From assembly GCA_044356295.1 (NCBI GenBank), contig JBIKWN010000003.1, positions 32,001 to 96,000 of the forward strand: a stretch of 64,000 nucleotides of DNA, written 5' to 3'. The DNA comes from Bdellovibrionota bacterium (GTDB taxonomy: Bacteria > Bdellovibrionota_C > UBA2361 > JBIKWN01). Position numbers and translations under genes: made by a program. Of the stretch, positions 1-11,542 are shown in pieces. Within the stretch, counting starts at the first letter, position 1, and each line of letters begins with the position of its first letter. The notes beneath the pieces are model-generated. The model was not told the DNA's origin. It saw nothing but the letters and a program-made list of their open reading frames with translations, and did no database searches.

Positions 1-562
1 TGCTTACACTCACTGGCGCACCTGGAGCCGGAGTTTTTTCATTGATTACGGTGACACTGACATCTCCTTCAGCAATACTTCTATCTTCATTCAAAAACAT
101 CTTTACAATATCCGCTTGGAGAATACTTCCATTTTGTTCTAGTTTTGGATTTTCAGTCATTGTTATTACTGCAGTAGCAGTCTCATAGACACCGCGCTCA
201 GAAGAAGCTTTCATGGTTGCCCCTTTAACGACGACAACATTTTTAAGAGCAATCATTTTTTCAATTTGATTATTCTCATTGTAGTATCCTTCTAATTCAT
301 CACAGGAAAGCGTCATATCTCCCTGCTTTGCGACAACATTAGTGCGATAATAAAAAACACGCTTCACTGAATTTACCTCCAAAGACTTAGAAGTAATAAA
401 CGTAGGTAGTTTGCCAAAGCTCTTATCGTTGAAAGCTCCCCCAAGAGTGCCCTCTTTTGCGTTTTTTTGCTGAGCATGAGAAGGCGGACATATTCCTATA
501 ACAATAGAAAACAGAAAATTCAAACCAATAAAAAATGTATGGATCGTTTTATTTTTTTTCAT
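1..562 (-). CDS. lptA: LPS transport periplasmic protein LptA (partial, runs off window start)
   Basis: Manually translated from ATG at 562: MKKNKTIH...signal-like segment...PTFITSKSLEV...NVVAKQGDMTLSCDEL...MTENPKLEQNGSILQADIV, an OstA/LptA beta-jellyroll pattern. Overlaps the lptC stop. Confidence 0.85.
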   Translation of the reverse strand, partial: MKKNKTIHTFFIGLNFLFSIVIGICPPSHAQQKNAKEGTLGGAFNDKSFGKLPTFITSKSLEVNSVKRVFYYRTNVVAKQGDMTLSCDELEGYYNENNQIEKMIALKNVVVVKGATMKASSERGVYETATAVITMTENPKLEQNGSILQADIVKMFLNEDRSIAEGDVSVTVINEKTPAPGAPVSVS

Positions 563-1160
563 TTTTCTTAGGTCCTTTTGCTTGAAGTATCGTGCTGACA
601 TCTTTGAAGAGTTTAAAGTTTTTTAGCGCAGTATTTCCATCCAGACCAACACCTGAAAGCTCCATCTCAGGTGAAATAATTTTTACTGGATCTTCAGTTT
701 CAATCCGGTCAGTTTCCTTATTATACATCAAGGAATCGGTATAAAGCGTTGCGCTCTTTTCTCGTGAGTGAATAACAACATTTCCACGAGCATCAATCTT
801 ATTTAAATCATTACCCGTGAGTGTTACGAGAGCTTGATCAGCATTTAAGATGATCGTATCTGTTTCTTTCAATAAATGTACTTCCGTTTCTTGTAATTCG
901 GCGAGCCCTGTTGTTGTATTGAATTTTCCAACTTTAGCAGTTATTTCCCATATTTTTTTACCATTTTTAACCTCACTTTTCTTAAATGCTCCAAACACTA
1001 CTGAAGCATCTATAGAACCGTCTTTATTTTTTAATAGTTCAATAGATGGAATCGAAGATATTCCTCCACGCTTTGAACCAACAACCAGAGCTAGTCCAAT
1101 TGCTAGAAATACAATAGCAAAAGCGAGTATTCGACTATGTTTTTTTTTAAGCCTTAGCAC
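549..1160 (-). CDS. lptC: LPS export ABC transporter periplasmic protein LptC
   Basis: N-terminal TM anchor, WEITAK, GNVVI, LYTDSLMYN..IETEDPVKI pattern; lies between kdsA and lptA. Confidence 0.85.
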   Translation of the reverse strand: MLRLKKKHSRILAFAIVFLAIGLALVVGSKRGGISSIPSIELLKNKDGSIDASVVFGAFKKSEVKNGKKIWEITAKVGKFNTTTGLAELQETEVHLLKETDTIILNADQALVTLTGNDLNKIDARGNVVIHSREKSATLYTDSLMYNKETDRIETEDPVKIISPEMELSGVGLDGNTALKNFKLFKDVSTILQAKGPKKNEKK

Positions 1161-1950
1161 GAAGTACTGCCTCTAGAAGGGGCTCCATATCATGAAGATG
1201 AACCATATTTGGTCCATCGGAAGGTGCTTTATCAGGATCTGGGTGACATTCGATAAATAATCCATCGACTCCGATTGCTGCAGCAGCTTTTGATAGAGGC
1301 AAAACATACTCCCTATTCCCTGAAGAACTTCCACCACTACCACCCATTGATTGAACACTATGGGTTGCATCAAAGATAACTGGAAATCCAGATTCTTTCA
1401 TGATTAACATACCGCGAAAATCGACAACTAAATCACGGTAGCCAAAGCAGCTACCACGTTCGCAAAGAAAAATATTTTGGTTTCCAGTTGAAGCAACTTT
1501 TTCAGCGGCATATTTCATGTCAGCAGGATGGAGGAATTGCCCTTTTTTTATATTGATTGCTTTTTTTGTTTTTCCAGCAGCAATTAAGAGATCTGTTTGA
1601 CGACAAAGAAACGCTGGTATTTGTATTACATCAACAACTTCACCAGCAATACTTGCTTCTTCTTCAGTGTGGATATCGGTAACGATTGGAACGTGAAAAG
1701 CAGCTCGGATTTCTTGCAAAATTCTTAAACCCTCTTCAATTCCAAAGCCTCTACTACCACGTAAGCTCGTTCTATTTGCTTTGTCATAGGAGCTTTTGAA
1801 AGCAAAATTAATTTTTAGTTTCTCTGAAGTTTTTTTCAGAGATTCGCAAACTTTCATCGAAAGATCACGAGATTCTAGCTGGCAAGGACCAGCAATTAAA
1901 AAAAGAGGAGAATTTTCTTCAACTTGAAAGAAAGAACCAACAGCAACCAT
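1147..1950 (-). CDS. kdsA: KDO8P synthase (3-deoxy-8-phosphooctulonate synthase)
   Basis: IAGPC, KSSYDKANRTS, QIPAFLCRQTDLL, KKGQF, DATHSVQ, SDGPN motifs. Confidence 0.97.
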   Translation of the reverse strand: MVAVGSFFQVEENSPLFLIAGPCQLESRDLSMKVCESLKKTSEKLKINFAFKSSYDKANRTSLRGSRGFGIEEGLRILQEIRAAFHVPIVTDIHTEEEASIAGEVVDVIQIPAFLCRQTDLLIAAGKTKKAINIKKGQFLHPADMKYAAEKVASTGNQNIFLCERGSCFGYRDLVVDFRGMLIMKESGFPVIFDATHSVQSMGGSGGSSSGNREYVLPLSKAAAAIGVDGLFIECHPDPDKAPSDGPNMVHLHDMEPLLEAVLRAKA

Positions 1951-1962
1951 ACGTATGGTAGT

Positions 1963-3684
<1,722 letters not shown>

Positions 3685-3844
3685 TTATGTGCCGGAAGAT
3701 GGCGTTCCATCGAAATGCAACGCAGGTTTCTCAGAGTATAGCGAAGTTTGCAACGTTAAGGCAGAGGGGAAAGAATTAAAAAAAATATAATTTTTTGGAT
3801 TCTAGTAAATTCAGATAGTTACCAAATTGGTGGGTCAATCATTT

Positions 3845-4606
3845 TTACGATCTTGCAATTGCGACTGCAGCTTCTAAGTCTGCAAGAGTATCAACTTCAA
3901 TTTGAGGTTCCATTTCTTGGCGCTCAATTATAGCAGCTTTAATCTGGACTCCATTTGCTAGCATACGAAGCTGCTCGAGCCCTTCCCGCTTCTCTGCGAC
4001 GGCTTCTTTAAAAGTACTCATCTTAAGAAGTATTTCTGGGCGAAAAACATATAAACCAATATGTTTATATCCAAAAGGTTGATTATCAATAGGAGCATTT
4101 CTTGGATATGGTATTGGAGCTCTTGAGAAGTAGAGCGCTCTTGAGTCTTCTCCAATGACAGCTTTAACTACTGAATCTCTTCGAAACTCTTGCTCTTCGT
4201 GAATTGGTGTAACAATAGTAGCCATCCCAATTGATGCCTCGCTTTTTTCAAGAATAATAAAAGCTTTCTCAATAATTGAAGGTTTAATAAAAGGCATGTC
4301 ACCCTGCACGTTAGCTATAAGATCATAAAACTGACCTTGCCTTTGAAATTGCGAAACTACCTCCGCAACTCGGTCGCTTCCTGTAAGACAATGTGGTGAA
4401 GTTTCGATTACTTCTGCCCCAAATGTTTTACATGCGTTTAGAATCTCTGGACTATCAGTTGCAATAACAACACGATTAACTCCCTTAGCTTGCATTGCTT
4501 GCCCGTACACCCTTTCAATAAGAGTTTTTCCAGCAATATCTTTGAGTGGTTTTCCAGGCAGTCTTTGACTACTCATTCGAGCAGGTATAACAATTAATTT
4601 TTGCAT
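3845..4606 (-). CDS. kdsB: 3-deoxy-manno-octulosonate cytidylyltransferase
   Basis: IPARMSSQRLPGKPL, TGSDR, NVQGD, ALYFSRAPIP, HIGLY, LEQLR, VDT. Confidence 0.97.
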   Translation of the reverse strand: MQKLIVIPARMSSQRLPGKPLKDIAGKTLIERVYGQAMQAKGVNRVVIATDSPEILNACKTFGAEVIETSPHCLTGSDRVAEVVSQFQRQGQFYDLIANVQGDMPFIKPSIIEKAFIILEKSEASIGMATIVTPIHEEQEFRRDSVVKAVIGEDSRALYFSRAPIPYPRNAPIDNQPFGYKHIGLYVFRPEILLKMSTFKEAVAEKREGLEQLRMLANGVQIKAAIIERQEMEPQIEVDTLADLEAAVAIARS

Positions 4607-4610
4607 ACTG

Positions 4611-5396
4611 TTATTTTTGCTTACTTAAAAATATTCTCGTCCGACGGGATCCAACTGAAAGTGCTTTAAATAAAAAACCACGAAATAACATAAACCAAAT
4701 AAAAGCGATTAGTCCAAGGAGGTAACTCAGTATGGTCGAGAATATGGAACCACCAAAAAACATTGTAGAAAATATCTTAACTGATTGAAAAATTACAGTA
4801 GCAGGAAGTAGTTCATCCATTTTTGCAAGAAGAATCAATAAAATGTCCGAAGAGACAGTGAGCCAAGGAATCATAAAAAGAAAAAATGGAAAAAACCATT
4901 CAATCCAATTTTCACGTGTAAATTGCGCGGCATCTTTGATTGCTTCAACTCCATCGGATCTGCCAAGATAAAGAACTTCAGGTAGTGCATTACAAACCAG
5001 AACTAATCCAAGTTGCATTACTAAAAACAACCCTTCATGACCCGAAGCCTGAATAAAAATTGATAACACAAACTTTGCTAAGAACAATACAAATCCAGTA
5101 TTGATGATTGACGAGAAGAGCATCCCATCGAGCTGATATAATCCTCTCCATACGAGTCGCTCGTTTGATACGGCATCTCGAAGCCAACAATAAGCAACAG
5201 AGATAAAAAAAAGTTGAACGAGCCCAACTACCATTCCGCCAAAAAAACCTCCTGAAGACAAAAGCCTCATTGAGAAATTATAAACTATAAAAGATAAAGC
5301 AGTTCCTAGAATAAGGACTGGATTTCGATAAAGCGCAATCGAAGCATCTCGTGCGGCTTCAAGGTATAACCGGTAAAATGAACGTAAAACTTCCAT
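4611..5396 (-). CDS. Hypothetical integral membrane protein (about 6 TM)
   Basis: 261-aa hydrophobic ORF, co-oriented between pcnB and kdsB with short gaps. Confidence 0.75.
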   Translation of the reverse strand: MEVLRSFYRLYLEAARDASIALYRNPVLILGTALSFIVYNFSMRLLSSGGFFGGMVVGLVQLFFISVAYCWLRDAVSNERLVWRGLYQLDGMLFSSIINTGFVLFLAKFVLSIFIQASGHEGLFLVMQLGLVLVCNALPEVLYLGRSDGVEAIKDAAQFTRENWIEWFFPFFLFMIPWLTVSSDILLILLAKMDELLPATVIFQSVKIFSTMFFGGSIFSTILSYLLGLIAFIWFMLFRGFLFKALSVGSRRTRIFLSKQK

Positions 5397-5402
5397 AAGC
5401 GA

Positions 5403-6641
5403 TTACGATCCTTTTTTCTTTTTTCCACCTTTTTCACGAGAAGGTTTTTTTGTTTTTCTTCTGAGCCAATCTGCAGCATCTTCGCCAAGCATTATAGAGA
5501 ACAAAGAAATTAACTCTTCAATGTCAACATGTCGGGAAAGTCGAAGCGGCTCATTATTTTCGTGAGCAGCAAGTGTCGATTGGTACGCATCGCAAAGATC
5601 TTCAATGCGCTCCCTTTCCTTTCGAGGAACGAGTAGTGGCTCAAATGCATATCGAATAAGCTCACCGATATCATATTCGCCTTGTTCTTGGCGACGGCCA
5701 ACCATTGAATCATCAATAATTCGAGGTTCAAGATGAAGGAAAATAACTGTTAACGGGATTGTTGCAGTTACTTCAATGCCAAAGCGGACCATAGTATCGA
5801 TTCGTTCTAAACAGATCGGAAGATGCATACCATCTTCAAGCAGCCCAACTCCTAAATTACAAAACTTTGGAAGAAGCAGCGGTAACAGCCCACTATCAGA
5901 AAGCTTCCGTAATGTTTCGAGAACATATCCTGAAATAAGATCTTTTTTGAATTCCTCATATACTCTGACCTGAGAAGCTTGCTTCAAGAGCTCTCGATTA
6001 TCTTGGAGAACAGAATAACATTCAGAGTCAATAATAAAACCTGTTCGCGCGGCATGTCTTACAACACGTAACATTCGAACTGGATCCTCAATAAATCTTT
6101 TAAGAGGATCTCCGATTACTCTTACTATTTTGTCCTTAAGGTCTTTAAAACCTCCAACATAATCTATGATGGAATAATCTGAGACATCATAAAAAAGAGC
6201 ATTGATCGTAAGATCTCGGCGTCGTGCATCAGTTTCGGAAGTACCGTAAAAGTTATCATGAGCTGTGTGACTTTGAATATCTTCTTCAGCAGTCTCTTCG
6301 CCAAGCGGTGTGTTATCTCTAAAAGTTGAGACTTCAATATATTTTAAACTCGGGAAAAAAATATGTACTAATTTAAATCGTCTGCCAATGATTCGGCTAT
6401 TTCGAAAGAGTGCCTTTACTTGACGAGGTGTCGCATCAGTTGCGATATCGAAGTCTTTGGGCTTTTTACCTAACAAGACATCTCTAACACCTCCACCGAC
6501 GAGGTACGCTTTATAACCATTTCTCGAGAGACGATACATTATCTTGAGAGCATCTGGATCGATGAAATTTCTCGAGAGTGTATGCAAGTCTCGTGTATAA
6601 ATAACTGGGGCACCAGATTGACCCTGAGCGGATACTTCCAT
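5403..6641 (-). CDS. pcnB: Poly(A) polymerase I (PcnB family)
   Basis: LVGGGVRD, KDFDIAT, the PAP-diagnostic IIGRRFKLVHI loop, RRDLTINALFY, EDPVRMLR. Confidence 0.93.
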   Translation of the reverse strand: MEVSAQGQSGAPVIYTRDLHTLSRNFIDPDALKIMYRLSRNGYKAYLVGGGVRDVLLGKKPKDFDIATDATPRQVKALFRNSRIIGRRFKLVHIFFPSLKYIEVSTFRDNTPLGEETAEEDIQSHTAHDNFYGTSETDARRRDLTINALFYDVSDYSIIDYVGGFKDLKDKIVRVIGDPLKRFIEDPVRMLRVVRHAARTGFIIDSECYSVLQDNRELLKQASQVRVYEEFKKDLISGYVLETLRKLSDSGLLPLLLPKFCNLGVGLLEDGMHLPICLERIDTMVRFGIEVTATIPLTVIFLHLEPRIIDDSMVGRRQEQGEYDIGELIRYAFEPLLVPRKERERIEDLCDAYQSTLAAHENNEPLRLSRHVDIEELISLFSIMLGEDAADWLRRKTKKPSREKGGKKKKGS

Positions 6642-6895
6642 AGGAGAAGACTTTACGCAGGAATGGTGGTTTCTTCAATGATCGGAGCCTTTACTCGATA
6701 AAAAACTACGAAAAATTCATACAAAAAAGCAAAGAAAGCTATCAGAGCGAATTAAAGCCAATCATCACTCGGTAAAAGATTCCAATCAGCAAAATTGAAC
6801 TAAAAAAATTAGTCTCTTTGAAACAGTAAAAAAACCAGAAAAACGGCCTATTTATACAAACTGCGTTATTTTTATTATTTTTTCTCTCTAATCGT

Positions 6896-6922
6896 TAAGT
6901 AAAAAAGCCACCAAGCCGAACT
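6896..6922 (+). promoter_or_regulatory. Candidate sigma-28 (FliA) promoter for ORF 6983
   Basis: TAAG-N15-GCCGAACT versus consensus TAAA-N15-GCCGATAA. Confidence 0.5.
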
Positions 6923-6982
6923 CTCTTTTGTGTGGAAAATTCGGCGAACTTAAAGCCGGATTTATTTTAAAGGGGCAATATC

Positions 6983-7201
6983 ATGGCGCGGCCAATTTTT
7001 ACTCATGAGCTTACAGATGCAGATTTTTCATGGCTTCTGTCTACTTTCAAAGAAAATCATCCAGAATATATAGCCGTTGAAGCTGGTGGGCTTCCTGTTG
7101 TTATGTTTAAGGTTACTCACGAAGAATTCACAAGAGCACTTATGCCAACACTTTCTTCCCTCCCTGAAAAGGAAGGCGATAGTGATGAAGTTATAGAATA
7201 G
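6983..7201 (+). CDS. Small hypothetical protein (72 aa)
   Basis: ATG with SD-like AAGGGG upstream; protein-like composition with an acidic tail. Confidence 0.65.
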   Translation: MARPIFTHELTDADFSWLLSTFKENHPEYIAVEAGGLPVVMFKVTHEEFTRALMPTLSSLPEKEGDSDEVIE

Positions 7202-7436
7202 GATTTACTTCAACTTCATAACCACCAACATCCTCCATTGATTTAGGCGCAGGTTTTTGAACTTCTTTCATCTGCCCAATTTTACCTCTTTCTTCTTTTA
7301 TTTTAAGTACCCATTGTACTCCAAAATAAACAAGGCTAATTGCAATTGCTCCAGCAAGGACAGTCATTATCAGGCTTGATTCGCCTTCTCCACGTTGGAG
7401 GCGTTTATGGTGAGACACATTAATCCGATTTGTCAT
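7191..7436 (-). CDS. Small single-TM hypothetical protein
   Basis: Likely start ATG 7436 (MTNRINV), overlapping the upstream ORF end; basic leader followed by a TM helix (GESSLIMTVLAGAIAISLVYFGV). Confidence 0.6.
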   Translation of the reverse strand: MTNRINVSHHKRLQRGEGESSLIMTVLAGAIAISLVYFGVQWVLKIKEERGKIGQMKEVQKPAPKSMEDVGGYEVEVNPIL

Positions 7437-8619
7437 TTTCCAACCAAAATATTTTAGCACGGTAAAATTGTAGGAGCGCTTCAAGCTTCTCTTTTATTGT
7501 AGTAGAAATTGAGGATTCTGTCTCACTCAAAATTGAACAAGAAATAAATACACGGGATTCCTCTCGAAGCTTTCGGAGCTCTTTTGCAATACATAAAAGA
7601 TAAGCAGTCTGATAATTATAACTTTCGAGCCGCGAATTCAAAGAAATTGAATTCAGTTGAAATACCTCAATTACTTTAGAAAGAGAACGGAACTTAGGAT
7701 GATTCTTAAACCAAAAGAAAAACTCACTAAGATTCATCGATAAAAAATCTTCCTTACTAAAGCCGCGATAGCGAGACTCAGATGTCTCTGGAAGTGCCTT
7801 AAAGAAAGTATTTATAACTGGTCGAATTTCAAGAAAATCAGCAATAACACCCATCCCTGTGACTTCAGATGGGATATAGATATCAAACTGCTTTAGTTCT
7901 GGTTTATTTCGCAAAGAGACCGTCTCAAATACTTCTGCTTTTCCACTACAGATAGCATTTTTTAGTATTGATATATTTTTAATCTCTTTCCATGAAAGAG
8001 ATGCAATTTTAATTTCAACTGAAATCTGTTGTAAGGATGCATTTTTTAACAGCAAGAGAATAAATGAAAAAAATTCTGTATTACAAACAGAACAATATTC
8101 GGAAAATATTTCCTGTAATGTTTTCTCTTTCAAAGAAAACATTGAGTTTATGGTAGGAAATTCTAGACTTTGTTCTGCAAGAGTCCAATCATTGGAATGC
8201 TTCCTGTACAGTAAGCATTTATTTGACAAGTTACTATCTGTTACTTTCTTAGTGAGCTCATCAATTCTTAAAAGGTCTTCTTTAGCAAGTATCGTAAAGC
8301 GATCTATTAATAAAAAGAAAAACTGTTCATTACAAATCGCACTGTCAAAAAGAATAAACTCGCCATCTTGAAATACTCTCTCTTGTCCAAAGAAGCGTAT
8401 AGCCTCTTCAATTTGGTTTCCTTCAATGACGGCTACAACCGCTATGGTTTGACCTGAGAGTAAGGAATACAACTTTGAGTCATGAGACTCTTTAATACGA
8501 GCATTCTTAATTTCGTTAATAACCAGATCGAGGTCTCGAATGTTAAGATACCCACCAACGGTACCTCGGAGTTCAGTACTATCAATAAGATACGGTGATT
8601 GCTGATGGTCATTTGTCAC
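7420..8619 (-). CDS. Hypothetical protein, apparently a degenerate UvrA-derived protein without ATPase motifs
   Basis: C-terminal SRYRGFSKEDFLSMNLSEFFFWFKNHPKF...IAKELRK aligns by eye with UvrA ABC domain II. No Walker A, LSGGE or DEPT motif. Confidence 0.55.
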   Translation of the reverse strand: MTNDHQQSPYLIDSTELRGTVGGYLNIRDLDLVINEIKNARIKESHDSKLYSLLSGQTIAVVAVIEGNQIEEAIRFFGQERVFQDGEFILFDSAICNEQFFFLLIDRFTILAKEDLLRIDELTKKVTDSNLSNKCLLYRKHSNDWTLAEQSLEFPTINSMFSLKEKTLQEIFSEYCSVCNTEFFSFILLLLKNASLQQISVEIKIASLSWKEIKNISILKNAICSGKAEVFETVSLRNKPELKQFDIYIPSEVTGMGVIADFLEIRPVINTFFKALPETSESRYRGFSKEDFLSMNLSEFFFWFKNHPKFRSLSKVIEVFQLNSISLNSRLESYNYQTAYLLCIAKELRKLREESRVFISCSILSETESSISTTIKEKLEALLQFYRAKIFWLENDKSD

Positions 8620-8718
8620 AGAATTGTAACTTTACTCTTCATGCCGGAAAGTTGGTAGATTTCTTGCTCTATTTTTTCCCCGTAGACATCCAAAGAGTGC
8701 AATAATGAAAGGGATGTC

Positions 8719-10179
8719 ATGGCATTAGAAGCACGTTTAGTACAAAAACTCGGTCAGAGCCTCACAATGACCCCCCAACTCCAGCAAGCTATTAAGCTGC
8801 TGCAACTTGGGCGTCTTGAATATAAAGAAGCTATTGAAAAGGAGCTTCTTGAAAACCCGATCCTTGAAGAAAGCCCTGAAGATTACGGCGATAACGCACC
8901 TTCACAAGGAGAAACATTAATTCTCGAAACAGGCGACAATAACAACTCAAATGATTCTAATGATTCTGGTGAAAATAACTCTGCAGCGTCTGATACACCA
9001 GATTGGGATGATTATGCAGATAGATTTTCCGACTACCAAGGAGCAAGCTCACCAAAGGGTCTTATCGATCACGAAAACCGCCCTGCCCTTGAAAATACAA
9101 TTACTCGCACTCAAACACTTCAAGAATATCTAAATGAACAGTTTCGCTTCATGGATTTTACTGAAGAAGAAAAACATGTTGGAAATTACATAGCAGGAAA
9201 TTTAGATAAGGATGGATTTCTTTGTGTTAGTGATGAAGAGATTCAACAAGAATGTAACTGCGATATTTCTATCATTAATCGAGTCCTCTTTGAATTAAGA
9301 ATGATCGATCCAATTGGATTAACAGCGCGAGATCTTAAAGAGTGCTTACTGATTCAACTTGAATATCAAGGTCTCGAAGATTCACTCGCAGCAACTATAG
9401 TTCGCGATCACCTCGATAAACTTGAAAAACGTAAATATGAAGCTTTGGCAAAAGAGTTAAAAATTCCTTTAAAAGAAGTTCTCACTCAGATTCAAGTTGT
9501 ACAAGGGCTTAATCCATATCCAGGACGAGTTTTCGCTGAAGATGATACTCGGTACGTCACACCGGATGTCTATATTCAAAAGATGAATGGTGAATGGGTT
9601 ATAACGCTCAATGATGAAGGACTTCCTCGATTACGTGTCAGTCCATATTATTTAGAAGTGCTGCAGCAGCAAGGAAAAGAAAGTGCTCAGGCAAAATCGT
9701 ATCTGAATGAACGGTTAAAAGCTGCTTCATGGCTCATTAAAAGTATTCATCAACGCCAACAAACAATTTTTAAAGTTACTGAAAGTATATTTAAATTTCA
9801 AAAAGAGTTCTTAGAAACAGGTATTGAAAAAATGAAGCCGCTCGTCTTAAGAGAAGTGGCTGATGATATCGGCATGCATGAATCAACAGTGAGTCGTGTT
9901 ACTACAAATAAATATGTTCATACACCACAAGGCGTTTTTGAATTAAAATATTTCTTTACCACTGGAATTAAGAGCGCATCCGGCGATATGTCCTCTTCTT
10001 CTATCAAAGATAAGATTAAGACACTTATTGCTGGTGAGGATAACAAACGACCACTCTCAGATCAGGACATCGTGGAAATACTCACAAAAGAGAACATAGA
10101 TATAGCACGGCGCACGGTAGCTAAGTACCGAGAATCAATGAACATTCCTGCTTCGTCCCAGAGAAAAAGTTTGTTCTAG
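8719..10179 (+). CDS. rpoN: RNA polymerase sigma-54 factor
   Basis: MTPQLQQAIKLLQL, HESTVSR, RpoN box ARRTVAKYRE. Confidence 0.99.
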   Translation: MALEARLVQKLGQSLTMTPQLQQAIKLLQLGRLEYKEAIEKELLENPILEESPEDYGDNAPSQGETLILETGDNNNSNDSNDSGENNSAASDTPDWDDYADRFSDYQGASSPKGLIDHENRPALENTITRTQTLQEYLNEQFRFMDFTEEEKHVGNYIAGNLDKDGFLCVSDEEIQQECNCDISIINRVLFELRMIDPIGLTARDLKECLLIQLEYQGLEDSLAATIVRDHLDKLEKRKYEALAKELKIPLKEVLTQIQVVQGLNPYPGRVFAEDDTRYVTPDVYIQKMNGEWVITLNDEGLPRLRVSPYYLEVLQQQGKESAQAKSYLNERLKAASWLIKSIHQRQQTIFKVTESIFKFQKEFLETGIEKMKPLVLREVADDIGMHESTVSRVTTNKYVHTPQGVFELKYFFTTGIKSASGDMSSSSIKDKIKTLIAGEDNKRPLSDQDIVEILTKENIDIARRTVAKYRESMNIPASSQRKSLF

Positions 10180-10274
10180 TTCCTCTCGATTCAAGATATA
10201 ATCAAATAGAAAGAGTAAGTATTTAATGTACCTATTCTGCACTATCTCTCACCCAAGCAATAAGGAGTTTAATT

Positions 10275-10589
10275 ATGACCAATGCCCATCTTGTAAATGT
10301 AAGTGTGACTTTCAAAAATACTGATAGCAGCGAAGCACTTAAAAAATACGCGACTGAAAAACTTTCCGCAGCGCTTGGTAAATTTGTTCATCATCCAACC
10401 GAGGTGCATACAATACTAAGACTTGAAAAAAACAGACAAATTGCAGAAGCAACGTTTCATGCTGACGGACATGATTTCAAAGGAAAAGAAGAATCAGAAG
10501 ATCTCTATGCTTCTATTGATAGTTTAGTAGCTTCAGTCACGCAACAGTTAAGAAAACATAAAGAAAAACTCACTGAGCACCATCCTTAA
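10275..10589 (+). CDS. hpf: Ribosome hibernation promoting factor (short HPF/RaiA)
   Basis: SEALKKYATEKL, DLYASID, QLRKHKEK; directly downstream of rpoN. Confidence 0.93.
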   Translation: MTNAHLVNVSVTFKNTDSSEALKKYATEKLSAALGKFVHHPTEVHTILRLEKNRQIAEATFHADGHDFKGKEESEDLYASIDSLVASVTQQLRKHKEKLTEHHP

Positions 10590-10606
10590 TTCTCACTAGA
10601 TCTGTC

Positions 10607-11485
10607 GTGCAGTCACTTATATTTTTAGTAGGAACATCGGGTGCTGGAAAATCCAAAGCACTCGATGCTCTGTCAGATTTTGGTTATTTTAACCTTGAAA
10701 ATGTCCCTGTAGAACTTCTTCCTAATTTTCTGGAAGTTGCAAAAAAAGATCCTATTCGTTATCAAAAACTTGCAATTCTTCCAGATATTAACTCAACAGA
10801 AAAACTTGAAAATCTTCTTGTCTTCATTGATGAAGTAACAAAAAGTCATAAAGATACCAAAACAACCTGTATCTATATCGACTGCTCTGACGCTGTCATT
10901 GTTCGTCGTTATAGTGAAACAAGACGTCCTCATCCCTGTTTTGATCCAACTCGCGACAAAACACTTGAAGATGCAATCATTCGTGAGAGAACTCGTTTAA
11001 GTCTATTTAGAGATAGAGCGAATCTCTTACTCGATACCACTCATTGGAATATTCATGAACTTCGCCGTGAACTTGTTTCTTTCATTGAAACGATTGCTTT
11101 CTCGGTTGAACACTTATTTAGACTGAATTTTCTTTCCTTTGGGTTTAAATATGGACTACCAAACGATTGCGATATCATTATGGATGCCCGATTCCTGCCT
11201 AATCCATATTTTATTGCTGATCTAAGAGAGAAGGATGGTACGAACCAAGAAGTATCATCTTTTGTTTTAGATAATCCATCATGTAAACAATTCCTTGATA
11301 AATACCTTGATCTGCTCAGCTTTTCCTTACCTCTTTATATCTCTTCTGGAAAACAATACTTAAATGTAGGTATTGGATGCACTGGTGGCAAACATCGAAG
11401 TGTCGCTATTGCAGAATGTCTCTCAAAGGAAATATCCGACCCACTGTATGTTGTTAGTGCAAAGCACAGAGATCGCGATAAATAG
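10607..11485 (+). CDS. rapZ: RNase adapter RapZ (YhbJ/YvcJ P-loop protein)
   Basis: GTSGAGKS, RRYSETRRPHP, SFGFKYG, DARFLPNP, GCTGGKHRSV. Confidence 0.95.
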   Translation: MQSLIFLVGTSGAGKSKALDALSDFGYFNLENVPVELLPNFLEVAKKDPIRYQKLAILPDINSTEKLENLLVFIDEVTKSHKDTKTTCIYIDCSDAVIVRRYSETRRPHPCFDPTRDKTLEDAIIRERTRLSLFRDRANLLLDTTHWNIHELRRELVSFIETIAFSVEHLFRLNFLSFGFKYGLPNDCDIIMDARFLPNPYFIADLREKDGTNQEVSSFVLDNPSCKQFLDKYLDLLSFSLPLYISSGKQYLNVGIGCTGGKHRSVAIAECLSKEISDPLYVVSAKHRDRDK

Positions 11486-11507
11486 CAGTAAAATCTAGGC
11501 TATACGG

Positions 11508-11536
11508 TTGACCAACTGACATATTCAAGCGACAAT
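11508..11536 (+). promoter_or_regulatory. Sigma-70 promoter for metK
   Basis: TTGACC-N17-GACAAT. Confidence 0.6.
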
Positions 11537-11542
11537 CAACAC

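Noticed and set aside
6660..6895. A-tract-rich intergenic stretch
   Set aside because: No repeat unit, ORF or stable structure seen; likely divergent promoter DNA.
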